Notes: a model not told the origin generated them from the sequence alone. A stretch of 64,000 nt of DNA from the human T2T-CHM13v2.0 reference genome, Homo sapiens (GCF_009914755.1 NC_060927.1), one strand, 5' to 3'; shown: positions 30,791 to 53,704, counted from the first letter of the stretch. A program made the numbers and translations.

Positions 30791-32664
30791 TCAACTGACA
30801 TTTTTCAATGATTCTTTTCAACAATTTTCTTTTTCATAGTTGGTTTTCAGCAGTTCAATTATAATGTGTTTGGAAGATTTTTCTTAAGTTTATTCTGCTT
30901 GGAACTTGCTGAGCTTCTTAGATCTGTCCATTTATTTTCCATCACCAAATTTGTGAAATTTTCAGCTGTTCTTTGCTCAATAATAACTTTTTTATCACCA
31001 AGATATCTCTCTAAGTTTTTGACATATTCCTCATTTGTTTTGATAAAAGTTTTCTTATTTTCTTAGAAAAAATAAGTTACTAAAAGTCATATATCATTGT
31101 ATATCTTCAAAATATTGCTTAAAACTAGGACTTGTATTTAAATGTTTTTTCTTCTTAAAGACAATTTTAATTTATGATTTTCTGAATTCAGTCCATAAAT
31201 TCAGATCATTCAAACTGTTAAGATGTCTTTTATGCTGACATTATTTTTAGATTTCCTGGAATTTCCACCAGGTAACACAAAATTCTGCTCCTTTACCTCA
31301 TAAAGTAAAAATAATGGAGATAATTAGGTTTATTTAGCATTCTCCAGATGTTTTTACGTCAAAAATGAAGAGAGACCTTTTATTTTTTCAACTTAACAAA
31401 AAATGGACATATCACAAAAGTTTAGACTTCCTATCTTAAGTAACAAAACATTTTAATATTATACACATTTTTATGTTAAAATAAGCATGCTATTGTTCAT
31501 GTACACAGACTGGTATAATAATTGTTTAAAATATTTGATATCTAGGTTACTTGATTCCAATACTTACGTTAATCAGGGCTGATCATAGTATACTTTATAG
31601 CACAAATCAAAGGTCCCGGAGGTTTGTCAATGTCTTCACTGTTCATAATGTGTTCTTACTCCCAGAGTTATTATTGACTATATCCTTATACTTGTGTTGT
31701 GTATCATACCTAAAAGAGAATTTTGCTTCGCTATATGTCCAGAGGATTTAGATTTCGAAAGAGACATCACAGGAAAAAAAGTGTCCTTGAGGCTTGATGA
31801 AAATGATATTTTCAGATCCTATTAATACATAATACAAAAGAAAAACTGTAAGGTGTGGACTCTAAGATCTATATCTCTCAATTAAAGAAATATAATTCAT
31901 CCGTGAATCACTGAAAGGATGGTCTTAGCAGGACTTCAAGCTGAGGATCCTTAGGAACTTAGGAATTCTCCAAAAGCATAGATTTTGAGGGTGGAGACAG
32001 CTTCAAATTAAGACCATCAGATCATGGAAACAACTGTGAATAGTAGACAACTTCCATTCAAGATCTATGAAGAAGATCCAGATGACCAGAACCAGTGATT
32101 CCCATGCTTTATCTGCAATATGTCATTCTTTATTTCCCTAGCTATTTTCTCTCCTCTTTGTTAAAGTTTCTGATTGCTAACAGAAAGTTATTATTTCTTA
32201 AACATAATATCTGTACGGTTCCCATCCTTAATAATATTTCGGCATGTTTACATACTTCTTGGCCTGATTCCAATACCTGCCAGCAGTTTTATTGCAATTT
32301 GGCTAAAGAATACAATCAAACTGACCTTTGGATTTGTACTCATTTTTATCTGGGTGCCATCCAGCTTTATTTGATACCTTTTCCTTGTTATAAATAAGTT
32401 GGTTTCCACCAATCAACTTATTTAGATGACAAAAACCGTAACAGACCAGAGAGTCAAGAAACCTAAAGTCTCTGCTATGTCAAACCTATAAATGAGGTGT
32501 TTCTTCTTCTGTAGGAAAAAAATACACAGAAGAGCTAGCCTTTGCAATCAACCCTTACAGAAATAGAATGTAGAAAAAGCCAGGGAACAGTTGGGGTATA
32601 TTTAAAACATTGCCTAACTTTTACAGACCTTGCAAGAAAGGTGCATTAGTTAAGCTAAACCCCC

Positions 32665-32909
32665 ATCCCTGTCCAATTTACAGATTGCAGTCAATAGTCT
32701 TTTGTGCTTCAAATCCAATACTAGTTGTGAGGGATTACCCAATGATCTGCTTTCAGTGGAAATGCTCATATGGGGATGTCAGATAGAATTGGCCTAGCAC
32801 TAGGTGATAGACCTTATGCCAGGCCAATTCTATTTGACATCCCCGTATGAGTATTTGAAGCACAAAAGACTATTGACTGCGATCTGCGATCTGTAAATTG
32901 AACAGGGAT
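32665..32909. repeat. Fold-back inverted repeat (hairpin) within the env remnant
   Basis: 32760-32799 pairs with 32817-32856 (36/40); 32665-32714 pairs with 32853-32909 (2 mismatches plus a 7-bp duplication). Confidence 0.95.
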
Positions 32910-33480
32910 CTATAATGTGAGTAAACTGAGGTCTGCCTTCAGGAGAGTTCTTAGTATCACCCCGCCTCCATTTTGACCTGCAGACTTCCCTTCTACGAAA
33001 AAAAGACATTTAGATAATTTAATTCAAAAATGCTGAACTTTGGTTTACATCTTAAATCAACCCCTGAAAGAACATTTCAGACTGCTTTCTTCTTCATTTC
33101 ACACTTTCCATGAGACTTGACAAGTAGGCAGGATTCTACAGACAATGGCAACATTGCTACAGCTGTAGAACTTCTCACCTAAGAGGTTCACAGGTGTGGT
33201 GATGGTTCAAAACAGAAGTCTTTCGAGGTAGGATGTGTGCTGACTTAGGGAAAGAATGCTGTACCTGCATTATTACAGACCTCTTTTGGATCTTTAATGT
33301 TGCTAAAATTATCTGGGTGGCAAACATAAAAATAGTGAAATTATGTAATTTGGCTAATACTCTCTATCTGCTTGTGTGGCCTCTTCACATTGGGGATAAA
33401 ATGTTGTCACTCTTGGCTTCTGCCTTAAAAGTGACTACAAGTTCATATCATAATATTTCTCATAGAAATTATCTATGTTG

Positions 33481-33786
<306 letters not shown>

Positions 33787-34034
33787 TTATATAAATTATA
33801 TTGCCACTCTCAAATGTGTGCTCTCCAGAGTCTTAAATTCTGCTATGCAGTAGTTGTTCCATAAAATGATCCAAACATGATCTTCCAACAAAATGAACAA
33901 TTAAAAAAATCTGTTATTAATAATGGATGGGGTGACTATCATCAGAAACCCTTCATATAACCACAACATATCAAACAGTGACATAAATCTGGATTGATCA
34001 TGTCCCTAGTTGATAATCTTCTATTCTGTAGCTT

Positions 34035-34575
34035 AGGCTGGAGAAAAATGAAAAAGACTCCTGAGAACTGAAACCAACATAGTTCCGAGGCCTTACATTA
34101 AACACTACTGGGACTGGGCATACTTTCCTATTCTTATGTGAAACCATACTGAGGCAAGTAAAAATAACGACTTCATCTTACTCTAGGAAATACTCATCAT
34201 CAAGACAATAAAACTGTGAACCAACTTAACAGCTTATTTAGCAAGACTAACAATTTGTTTATCAAGACTCTCTTCAAGTACCTCATCTTGCTGTGCTTAT
34301 CAAGCCAAAGTTACCATATCATAAACTCTGCCCAATACCAAGTTACCTACTTTTCATGACTCAGCTTGAAATCTGCCCTATAAATACCTAAATACCTATA
34401 AATACCTATAACTACCCCCTATAAATACCTATAAATACCCCCATTTTGAGAAGCTATAAATACTTTATCAAATTGGTGTCCTCTCTCACTACTGTAAGTC
34501 TAATAAATTCAGTCTTGGTTGATCGATAGTCTTTTCTGGTGGTTTACTGGGGGTGGGGAGAGTAGAGAGTTAACA
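34035..34575 (+). mobile_element. ERV1 3' LTR (MER34/MER39-like)
   Basis: Follows the env remnant and a purine-rich tract; TATA cluster at about 34378-34462, AATAAA at 34502, ends 'tctggtggtttactggggg...gagttaaca'. Family from recall. Confidence 0.55.
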
Positions 34576-36806
34576 CTGCTAAACTTTTCATCAATCTTTT
34601 CTTACCCTGAGTTGCAAAATGGGCCTCTTGTCCTCAGAGTATCTTACCTGATTGGTTTTCTATAAATTAAATACCTGTTTCTTTTGGCTTTTCAAAAGTG
34701 TATAAAGGCTTTCATTCCTCACCTTCACTGAGCCTGACTTGTGTAGGTCATCCCCAAACCATGAAGTCTACAGAGGAATACAGATAAATCTTGGTGATGG
34801 TAGAAGAGTGAGAAGATTATTTATTGCCCCACTCCTCTGCCAAACCTATTTTGTGAAAATTGCCTTCATACACAAATATAGAAGTGTATTCCCTGACTAT
34901 CTAACAAGGAGAAATCTCCCAACCACTTTTTTGGTCGCATATGTAACAGGCTTTGCTTCCTGGGAGTCAGTTATTTTATGTTTCTCAACCGATTTAATAG
35001 TCTCAAATTCTCAGTCAAACTACCTTACCTTGTCTTTCTCTCTATTCACCCTCGCATTTGTTCAAGAAATTTTTAGGAGTTTTGGTTTCCTGTCCCCATC
35101 ACCTTTCAAACGCAGCATAGGAGAGCATGAATTGTTTCAACTGTTTGTTGTTCTCTTCTTATATATTTACAAACTATCCTGAAGCCTAAGTTGCCCACAC
35201 TTATGCAATCAGGTCAAAACTTTTCTCCAGAAAGTTTGTAAGAAGGGATATTTGCACATGATAATACTCTTCTCCCCTCCTTGTAGAATTGCTTCATAGC
35301 CATGGGGCCTAAGTCTGTTGGACTGCGAGCTAATTAGCGTCAATTAACTAAATAATATTATCAGCTGAACAGCACACTTTCGTGTCTCTCAGAAAGATTA
35401 ACTTATGAACTAACCTCATTTTACTTTATTTTCTCTAGAGAAAACTAATCAGTGCCCAGTTTCTTTCTTCTAGGGATGAAGGAAGGAAGGGGAAGGTAAG
35501 AGGTCCCTGTTCTCTCTGAGGGTTTTGTGAAGCCCTGCAAGGCAAAGTCAACTACTATTGACTATCTGCTACCTTCAGGCACACATTTAATCCTTAAAGA
35601 GTGGCTTTCTTTTGTTGGGAGAAGCAATTTTGAGAATAATTTGTTAGGTCCTTCTATCAGGGTCGTAGTTTTCACTGAGAAATGACTGGCATACAAGCAA
35701 CTCAATGCACATTGTTAAATGTGTGCTCTTTCCTTATAATATGTGGCAAAATTTTAATGGTACAATAATTTGGTCAAAATTTTGATTATATAATCACTTA
35801 ATTATGTAATTATTCATTGTCAATCTTCCTCCACTAGAATATATTTTCCAGGACATCAGGAACCATGTTTGTACATAGAAGATAGCTCCTTGGCATATAA
35901 TTGGTGCTCTTTCTCTCATAGTAGGCATTTCTTGCAACATAGAAAGACCTCAGTGAAGACCTGGAGTGAATGAATAAAAGAAGCTGCACAAGTACAAAGG
36001 AAACCAGTCATTTATACACAGTCTTGCTAAATTATGCCTGCCATTGAGGTTCTTACCAAAATGCAGTGCAATGAGGAAAATAAGTAGAATGGGGTAAACT
36101 TTCATAATATTATGTGGCTAATATTGCATTTTATTCCACTCTTTTGGTATTAAAAAGCCCTGCACAGCCTATAATAAAATGGTGGTATTTGTAGAGGATA
36201 GTTTTCCATTTTGTGATTTTTAAGTGGACATTACTTGGAAAATTCAAAATGGCATCCAACTTTATTTTATTTTAATAATTTTTATTCTTTATGAAATCTG
36301 AAAGTCTGAGAACCACTGATCTAAATCATGTCAAAGTATAATTTTCAAAAAATTAAAAACATGGCTCTTATATGGGTATATAGTATACAGATGTCAAAGA
36401 TGTTTTGAACTCACTAATGAATCAGCAGGGATGGTAAGCCTGTTTCAAAAAAGGATATGAGAAATTAAAAAGAGAGTTACTAAAGGAAGAAACCTGAAAT
36501 AAGATTGCTAATTTAGGTACAGGGTAATGAAATCATAACCCTCAGAGGTTATTTTTTCTATAGGACAAAAATCATTTGAATCACCACCAAAAAAAAAAAA
36601 AGGTAATTTGCAATTTATCCATTTTCTCCAAGTTGACTGTACTTTATAGAATCTGGGCCGTAACCAAAAGTAAATAGTAAATCAAACAAATTACTTTTGC
36701 TTAGTGTGATAGACGTCTCAGACCAGCTTGTTACCTAGTCTTCGGTATGAGTTTGAAAGGTCACACAGTTATCTTTCTGCTTTATTTCCAAATTTTAGAC
36801 AATGTT

Positions 36807-37103
36807 CTTTTTTTTTTTTTGAGACAGAGTCTCACTCTGTCATCAAGGCTGGAGTGCAGTGGCGTGATCTTGGCTCACTGCAACCTCCTCCTCCTGGGTT
36901 CAAGCAATTCTCCTGCCTCAGCTTCCCGAGTAGCTGAGATTACAGGTGCCTCCCACCACACCAGGCTAATTTGTGTATTTTTAGCAGAGATGGGGTTTCA
37001 CCATGTTGGCCAGGCTGGTCTTGATCTCCTCACCTCAAGTGATCTGCCCACCTCGGCCTCCCAAAGTGCTGGGGATTACAGGCGTGAGCTACCTTGCCCG
37101 GCC
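36807..37103 (-). mobile_element. AluS-type SINE
   Basis: Reverse Alu; TSD GACAATGTTCTT on both sides. Confidence 0.95.
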
Positions 37104-37265
37104 ATGGACAATGTTCTTAAGAGGAACCTGCCTCTAATATTTAGATGGAGATTACATATACGTATGTATGTGTATAAGTAAACTTTGGTCTCTATAGATA
37201 TGAAACTGAAAGGAGAGAAACCAAAAAATTAACGGTTGTTATTACTTGGAAATGGCATAAAGAGT

Positions 37266-37690
37266 GTTACAGTTTTCCAGAGCTGCCATAACAAAATACT
37301 CAGAGTGGCTTAAATAACAGAAATTTACAGTCTCACAGTTCTGGAGCTAGAAGCTCGAGATCGAGGTGTTGGCAGGGCCTTGCTCCCTCTGATGGCCCCA
37401 GGGGAGGGACGGGAGTGTTTGTGCCAGGACTCCTAGCGTGTGGTGGGTGCTTGGCTTGTGCCGGCACAACTCGTGTTCACATGGGATTCCCCTGTGTGTC
37501 TGTGTCCAAATGTCCACTTTTCATAAAGAAACCCATCAGATTAGATTGGGGACCCATCCTAGTCCAGTATGACCTCATCTTAACTAATTACATTCGCAAC
37601 AACCCTGTATCTAGGTAAGGTCACATTTTGAGGTATTGAAGGTTAGAATTTCAATATATGAATGGCGGGGAGGGCAGGACTCATAATCAT
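37266..37690 (-). mobile_element. MLT1B/C-type MaLR LTR
   Basis: 'gctgccataacaaaatac...ggcttaaataacagaaatttacagtctcacagttctggag...atgacctcatcttaactaattacatt'. Confidence 0.8.
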
Positions 37691-37856
37691 GGGTAAGTTT
37701 TTCTGAGACTTTTCTTCACTTTCTAAGTGTTAAGAAATAATACCAACACCCATTTCCCAAAATACTCAAGAACTGTTTTAGATGTCTGTATTATTAGTTT
37801 CCTTGGGGCTGCTGTAACAAATTACCACAAACCGAATGGCTTAAAACAACAAAGAT

Positions 37857-38200
37857 GGCCGGGCGCAGTGGCTCACACCCATAATCCCAGGACTTTGGGA
37901 GGCTGAGGCAGGCGTATCGCTTGAAGTAAGGAGTTTGAGACTAGCCTGGGCAACCTGGCGAAATCCCGCCTCCACAAAAAATACAAAAATTAGCCAAGTG
38001 TGGTGACAGGTGCCTATAGTTCTATCTACTCAGCAGGCTGAGGTGGGAGGACCACCTGAGCTTGGGAGGTCGAGGCTGCAGTAAGCTGTGAATGTGTCAC
38101 CATACTCCAGCCTGGGTCATAGTGAGACCCTGACTCAATAAAATAAAATAAAATAAAATAAAATAAAATAAAATAAAATAAAATAAAATAAAATAAATAA
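37857..38200 (+). mobile_element. AluJ-type SINE with (AAAAT)n tail
   Basis: 'ggccgggcgcagtggctcac...gaggtcgaggctgcagt' then about 11 AAAAT units. Confidence 0.93.
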
Positions 38201-38314
38201 TGAAAATAAATAAAACAAAAATGCATTCTCATATTTTGGGACGCTAGAAGCCCCAAATCAAGGTGCCAGCAGGCCTGTGCTCGCTCTGAAGGCTCTAGGG
38301 AAGAATCTTCCCTC

Positions 38315-38613
38315 CTTTTTTTTTTTTTTTTTGAGATGGAGTCTCGCTCTGTTGCCAGGCTGGATTCAGTGGTGTGATCTCGGCTCACTGCAACCTCCGC
38401 CTCCCGAGTTCAAGCGATTCTCCTGCCTGCCTCAGCCTCCCGAGTAGCTAGGACTACAGGCGTTCACCACCACGCCCAGCTAATTGTTGTATTTTTAGTA
38501 GAGACAGGTTTCGCCATGTTGGCCAGGATGGTCTCGATCTCTTGACCTAGTGATCCGCCTGCCTCAGCCTCCCAAAGTACTGGGATTACAGGCGTGAGCC
38601 ACCACACCCGGCC
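38315..38613 (-). mobile_element. AluSc-type SINE
   Basis: 'gttgccaggctgg', 'ccaggatggtctcgatctcttgacc' diagnostics; AGAATCTT on both flanks. Confidence 0.93.
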
Positions 38614-38629
38614 AGAATCTTTTCTCCTC

Positions 38630-39217
38630 TCTCAAGGGAGAAGCTCCCCTTGGCCCTCTAAAGTTTCTCTGAAAAATCAGCTCACCAAAGTCAGATTAAT
38701 TGGAGAAAAGGCATACAAATTTATTTAACGTGTATACATAGGAGCCTCCAGAATGAAGACTTAAAGAACAGGGGAAATTGTCCATTTTTATGCTTAAGTT
38801 CAACAAAGTACGGACAGCCGTGTAGAAATGTGATTGGAAAAGAAGGGTGCGATCCAATGCTAATAGACCAAACCGGGGAAGCCAACAAGGCCTGTCTGTC
38901 TAGATTCCTCTCGGCCTCTCTGAGCATGCATCCTTACCTTCTGGGTGTGGGGCAAGGCTCTCTCTGGCATAGGGGTATTATGACCCACAGTCAAATAAGG
39001 CAGATAAAAATTTCTTTATGGCCACTTTTGACACCAAAAGGCAGAGGGAAAGTGAGAGTACTCTTTTTAGGTTTTATGGTTTTGGGGAAGAGGGATTCTA
39101 GTTTCTATGGTTAACCTCAGGGGAGAATTGGACTGAGAAACAGGAGGGCAGAAGGTCAGAGAAAAACTTTTGCTTCTGAGGCCTTCATTTTAGGGTATTG
39201 TTTTCTGAGCCCCAACA
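38630..39217 (-). mobile_element. ERV1 solo LTR (LTR29/MER39-like)
   Basis: Minus strand starts TGTTGGGGCTCAGAAAACAATACCCTAAAATGAAGGCCTCAGAAGC; minus-strand AATAAA at about 38721-38726. Confidence 0.7.
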
Positions 39218-39299
39218 CCACAATTCTTGGCATTCGTTGGCTTGTACCTTTATCACTCCAATCTCTGCCTCAGTCTTCACATTTAATTTTTTTTCTCGC

Positions 39300-41610
<2,311 letters not shown>

Positions 41611-42191
41611 CGCCATTCCTGATATTTGTTCATCTTAAGAAGTGTGGTCATTCGTTTTCAATTGTAAACTTGAACTCACACATGGTAGTTGTTAAAATTA
41701 GGAACAATGTTTTACTAATGTTGAGTTTTTATGACATTTTGCAATAGGAAATACTTAAGGAAAGGACAAAATGACATTTCAGACTTAATTTTTTTCTCAC
41801 AACATAAGGGAGAGGGCTAATATTCAATAGAATGTGGTTAGAGAAAAATGTCTCAGAAGATTCTATGTGTTTATAGTCTCATAAAAATGTTTGAAAACCT
41901 ATGTTTAAAATCAAAAGCAGACATCTGTTGGGAGGCAGCTGAAAGTGGGTATTAGTGCAACGTAGGTGCAAAACCAAATTTACCTGTGTAAGTCAATCTA
42001 ACTATAAGGGCTGATTTAATTATAATACCTCGTTTAATATTCTTTAATACCGGTAACGGCCAAGTCAGTTAATTAAGATTCTGCATCAGAGTAGAAGGTA
42101 GTGGTTAAAATGAGTATATAGCCCATGCCGTTTGTCAGTTTTCTTAGTGCGTTAGAAGCGGTTGCAACTTCAGAAAACTAAAAAATCTTAT

Positions 42192-49619
<7,428 letters not shown>

Positions 49620-49769
49620 CTAAAAAATCTTATGTTAGAGATTTATACTTTAATATGAGAATAAAGAAGTATTATGAGATGCTTCCCAATCTGTGTTTTC
49701 ATTTATTAGTATTCTCTGTGATATGCCAAGTGATAGTTTACAAAATGTGGCACCTATAAATATACTTTA

Positions 49770-49895
49770 ATTACTCATTCAGTTCAATCACTTAGTCAAC
49801 AAATACTTATTGAGTAAATACTGAGCTGTTGTAAATTCTGGGGATATCAATGTATGAGATAGACAAGGTCTCTGTTCTCTTGGAGCTTATTCTAA
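49770..49895 (-). mobile_element. L2 3' fragment
   Basis: 'tcaacaaatacttattgag...ctggggatatcaatg...agacaaggtctctgttctcttggagcttattcta'. Confidence 0.7.
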
Positions 49896-49934
49896 TTATT
49901 GTCTTAAAATAAACAGATAAACGTAGAAATGGGT

Positions 49935-50372
49935 TGTAGTGGATGGCATAGTGCACTGTTCAGATACCTCTGTCAGGACAAAGGCAGTCACTTGTGAGCT
50001 TCTGGGAGTGCTGGCTACTGTTATCTCATAGGTACATCTCTCTTCTGGAATTGCTTTCTGTCAAAGGAACCTACTTCATCCAAGTTTACAAGCTTTCTCC
50101 TAGGGTAGCCTGTGCCCAGTGACTGTTTAACGTGAAGTATGAAGATGTGTTCCTCTTGCATCAATTTATAGACAATTTGGAAAAGCTGTTTTAGCTCCAG
50201 AGAGCCCCAAAGGATTACCTACGACTTCTGTTATAATTTTATCACTGTAGGATTTTTGTCCCTGTTCAATTGTTTCCTGTACTTAAAGGTGTTGTTTCTG
50301 GGGAAGCTCCCCAATAAACATCATACACACAAATCTCCAACACAGATCTGATTCTGGGAAACTCAGCCTAAG
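49935..50372 (+). mobile_element. ERVL 5' LTR (LTR16-like)
   Basis: 'tgtagtggatggc...ccccaataaacatcatacacacaaatctcc...ctgggaaactcagcctaag'. Confidence 0.7.
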
Positions 50373-53370
50373 CTGGTGGGTACTAGGAAGTAGATTCTAA
50401 ACAAAACTTTTGAGCTGAATCACCTGTTAAAATGTGAAAAAAGCTAAGGTCAGTGCAAGAATTTAATTATAAGTGTAGTGGAGCCTCAGAGAAGGTTGAA
50501 CTGTTAACCCCAGCAGCTCTGAAACATTAGTAAAAAGGCTTCATTTAAAAAGTGGGACCCTTGGATTAGGATGGGGACATCTGGGTCAATAACATTTGAA
50601 AACCTGTATACCCAAATATAGCTAAACCCTATGGGCCAGCAAACGTGTCTCACTCCTCCCTGTTAAAGGCTAGCCTGCCCCTCTAGCTTGTATCTGATGC
50701 AATGATCTATTCTTGAAGAACAACACATCGCACCCTCAGGGTCTACCCTCACCTACCTCCTAGCCACTAGACCCCTAGTTAGGGTCAAATCTTAGGATAA
50801 CCTGGAAATGATCTGGGTCTACTAGGGAAGGGAAAGGAACTGTACACTGTAAGTGTAAAGGGTTACCCAGCATGAACTGGCAAGAGCCAGGAGAGTATAT
50901 ATAGAACAGGAATGTGATAGCTGGTTTAAGGGATGAAACATAAAAATGAACAAGCGAGTTTTTTTAATACAGGAGTACCTTCCTACAATACAGAATTTAA
51001 CACCCTCACAAAGACCAAAGGAGATGCTACTAATATCTGCTAGGATAGCTCTTGGAAGCTGGAGGAAATCAACGGCCCACACTACATGCAGTATAAATGC
51101 CAGATCTTTTGGGGAGGACAGTGGAGAAAGAAATCAAAAGGCTCAGAGAAGACAGCACGCAAGAGTGAATATACTTCTCAAGGCCTAACAACTCAACAGC
51201 CAACTCTGTTCTATGGGAGGACCCAGAGAACACTCCATTTACCAAAGAAATGAGAAATGTGCTGGTGAGAAGGGCATCAGCATCATTGAAAAGCTCAGTT
51301 ATGGTTCTTCTCCTTGAGTCATGGCTAAGGGCAGGAGATGCTATTAGAAAACCCGGCCCTGAGTGTCAATGGAGATGATATAATCATGAAATAACAGGGT
51401 CTAGATGGTAGCATTTCAATGACAGGAGCAAGGTGGGAATAGTTGTTGAAATGAATAGCAAAGTTGGAAGGACAGCCAAGAGGGCCTGATTTGCAGGGCT
51501 CTATGGAGATGCCATAAAAAACATGGTATTTAAAGGTGCAGGATAAATGAGCAACCAACAAGACATTGCTATATATAATTATTGACATATATATATAATC
51601 AAAGATGATCAAGAGTGCATTAGCAGAAAAATGGGGTCAGTCACTCCAAAAAAAACTCACAATCCTTTCCCTTGTTTCCAGACCTGAGCTAATTCTTAGA
51701 CCTGAAGCCTATTGATTGAAAGATAAGTTGGGTCCCTATTAAGTAGGATCACAGCAAATATCTGCCATAATGACCCAACCACGACAGTAAAGATTTTAGG
51801 GGCCAAGTCTGAGGAGGAAGAATCTAAGGAGTAAAGTTTGAAGTGCACAAGAACATCCATTTAAAAGCAAAGGACACATTACTGCATCTCACCACTTCCA
51901 GCACTAGGAAGGAAGCAGAGAGCTTGCTAGGTGTCTCTGGGTTCTGGAGCAGCATTTGCCACAGTTGGAAATACAGCTCTAACCCATTCACCAGGCAAAG
52001 AGGAAGGCTCCCAGCTTTGAGTGTGACTTACAGTGGGAAAGCATCTGCAGCAGGTCGACTGCTGTGCAATCAGACTGGCGTCTTGGGCCATATGATCCAG
52101 CAGAGTCTAGGTTACTAAAGGTATCTGTGCCGTGAAAAGATAACATGTGGAGTTTAGGGAAGCCACGGTAGAAGAATCATAACATAGAGCTCCTAGAGTT
52201 TGCAGCAAGACCATGCCATCTGCAGCAAACAAGTATACACCATTTGAGAAACATGTTGGTGTTTCCTGGTTTACTAGGGCTACTGAACCCTGGTAGTGAA
52301 AAGGCTTCTGACCATAGGACATCAAGTGACCGTGGGTGAGAGCTGACCATCATGAGGTGCATCCTGTCAGATTCGTCACATCATGAGATAAGGTGGCACA
52401 GCTGCAGTTCATTGTGGGGTGAGAATAGGATCAGTTATAATCAGTTGTGAGCAAGGCCAGAGGGCATTAAAAAATACACTGTACCAGTGTACTGCCCAGA
52501 TTTCCACATCATTTACCACTATTGCATTAACAACACTTTCCCAGTTCACACCTGTGCCACCTCATAAGTGGAGGTGATCCCTTATGACCAACAATAAAGG
52601 GGAAAAACAGCATTGCTTCACTGATGGAGGTGTCGTAAGTGCATGCAAGCTGAAAATGGACTGCTGCTATACCAGAGTCCACTCAAGGGTGAGCCAGGGT
52701 GTTAGTTCCCTAGGGTTTCCATAATAAACATCATGAGCCAAGGGGCTTAAAACAACAGAAATTTATTCTCTCACATTTCTGGAAGCTGGAAGTCCTAACT
52801 TTAAGATGTTGCAGGGCCACGATCTCTCCAAGGGCTCTAGGGAAGAATGCTTCCTTGTCACTTCTAGCTTCCGGTAGTTGTTGGCAATTCTTGGCCTTCT
52901 TTGGCTTGTGGCTGCATAACTCCAATCTCTGCCTCCACCACATGGCCTTATTTCCCTTTGTCTGTGTCTCTAAAATTTCTATTTATAAGAAGCTTTGACA
53001 CTGGAATTACGGCTACTGTTATCCAGTATGAACTCATATTAATAATTATATCTGCAAAGGCCCTATTTCCAAATAAGATCACATTCTTAGGTACCAAGGG
53101 TAAGGATTTCAACATGTCATTGAGGGGACATATTTCAACCCACAGTGCCTTGAAAGACAGAAGTGAGAGAAAAATCCTCCCACTGGGGATAGCTTTAAAC
53201 AGTGCACTTGGTCATCTACATAGGGTGTAGAAGGAGAAGTGGCTTAAGCCAGGAATATACAGAAACTCATATGCAAGGTGAATGATTTGACTAGTTGGAC
53301 AGGGGTCTGGAAGATCAGAGACAAAAACATACGGGGAAAAGACATGTGAATGGAGCATGGTAGTGGCTCA
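50373..53370 (+). mobile_element. ERVL internal remnant (ERV3-16A3-like) with degenerate gag/pol
   Basis: ORF 51843-52118 'KDTLLHLTTSSTRKEAESLLGVSGFW' resembles the ERVL RT thumb (KDKLLHLAPPTTKKEAQ..GLFGFW); 'KYTPFEK' at about 52231-52251; interrupted by an MLT1C. Confidence 0.8.
52697..53144 (-). mobile_element. MLT1C-type MaLR solo LTR
   Basis: 'ggcttaaaacaacagaaatttattctctcaca...ggctctagggaagaatgcttccttg...tctgcaaaggccctatttccaaataag'. Confidence 0.85.
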
Positions 53371-53704
53371 ACAAGGGTTACAAAGACTCAGCCCCTTCGT
53401 CTCATTTTAGCAACAATTTTAAATGGCCATCCTCGTTGCAAATTATAGATATAAAAGAGGATTTGGAGAGAAGAGGACTGATTTGGGATGTTATAGGAGT
53501 TCTAGGAGTTCTAGGAGTTCAGCATATAGGGCTCGCTAGCACCCAGCACCTGAATGAGTGCTAGGCATGGTATAAGTACTCAATAAATGTAAAGGTTGAA
53601 TAAATGACTGCTAAGTTTTGGCTCCTGCTACTGACTACATTGTGGTGCCATTTACTGAACTGGGGAAGATTGAGGGAGAAATTGCTTTGGTGAAGTGACA
53701 GAGC

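Larger units (their letters stand above)
37787..39282 (-). mobile_element. MLT1C-type MaLR LTR interrupted by two Alus and an ERV1 LTR
   Basis: Colinear pieces at 37787-37856, 38212-38312 and 39217-39282 ('gctgctgtaacaaattaccacaaac', 'ctctgaaggctctagggaagaatc', 'atcactccaatctctgcctc'). Confidence 0.8.

Noticed and set aside
53494-53521. TAGGAGTTC x3 (similar small tandem duplications at 2053-2090 and 58587-58622)
   Set aside because: Ordinary micro-duplications with no further structure.
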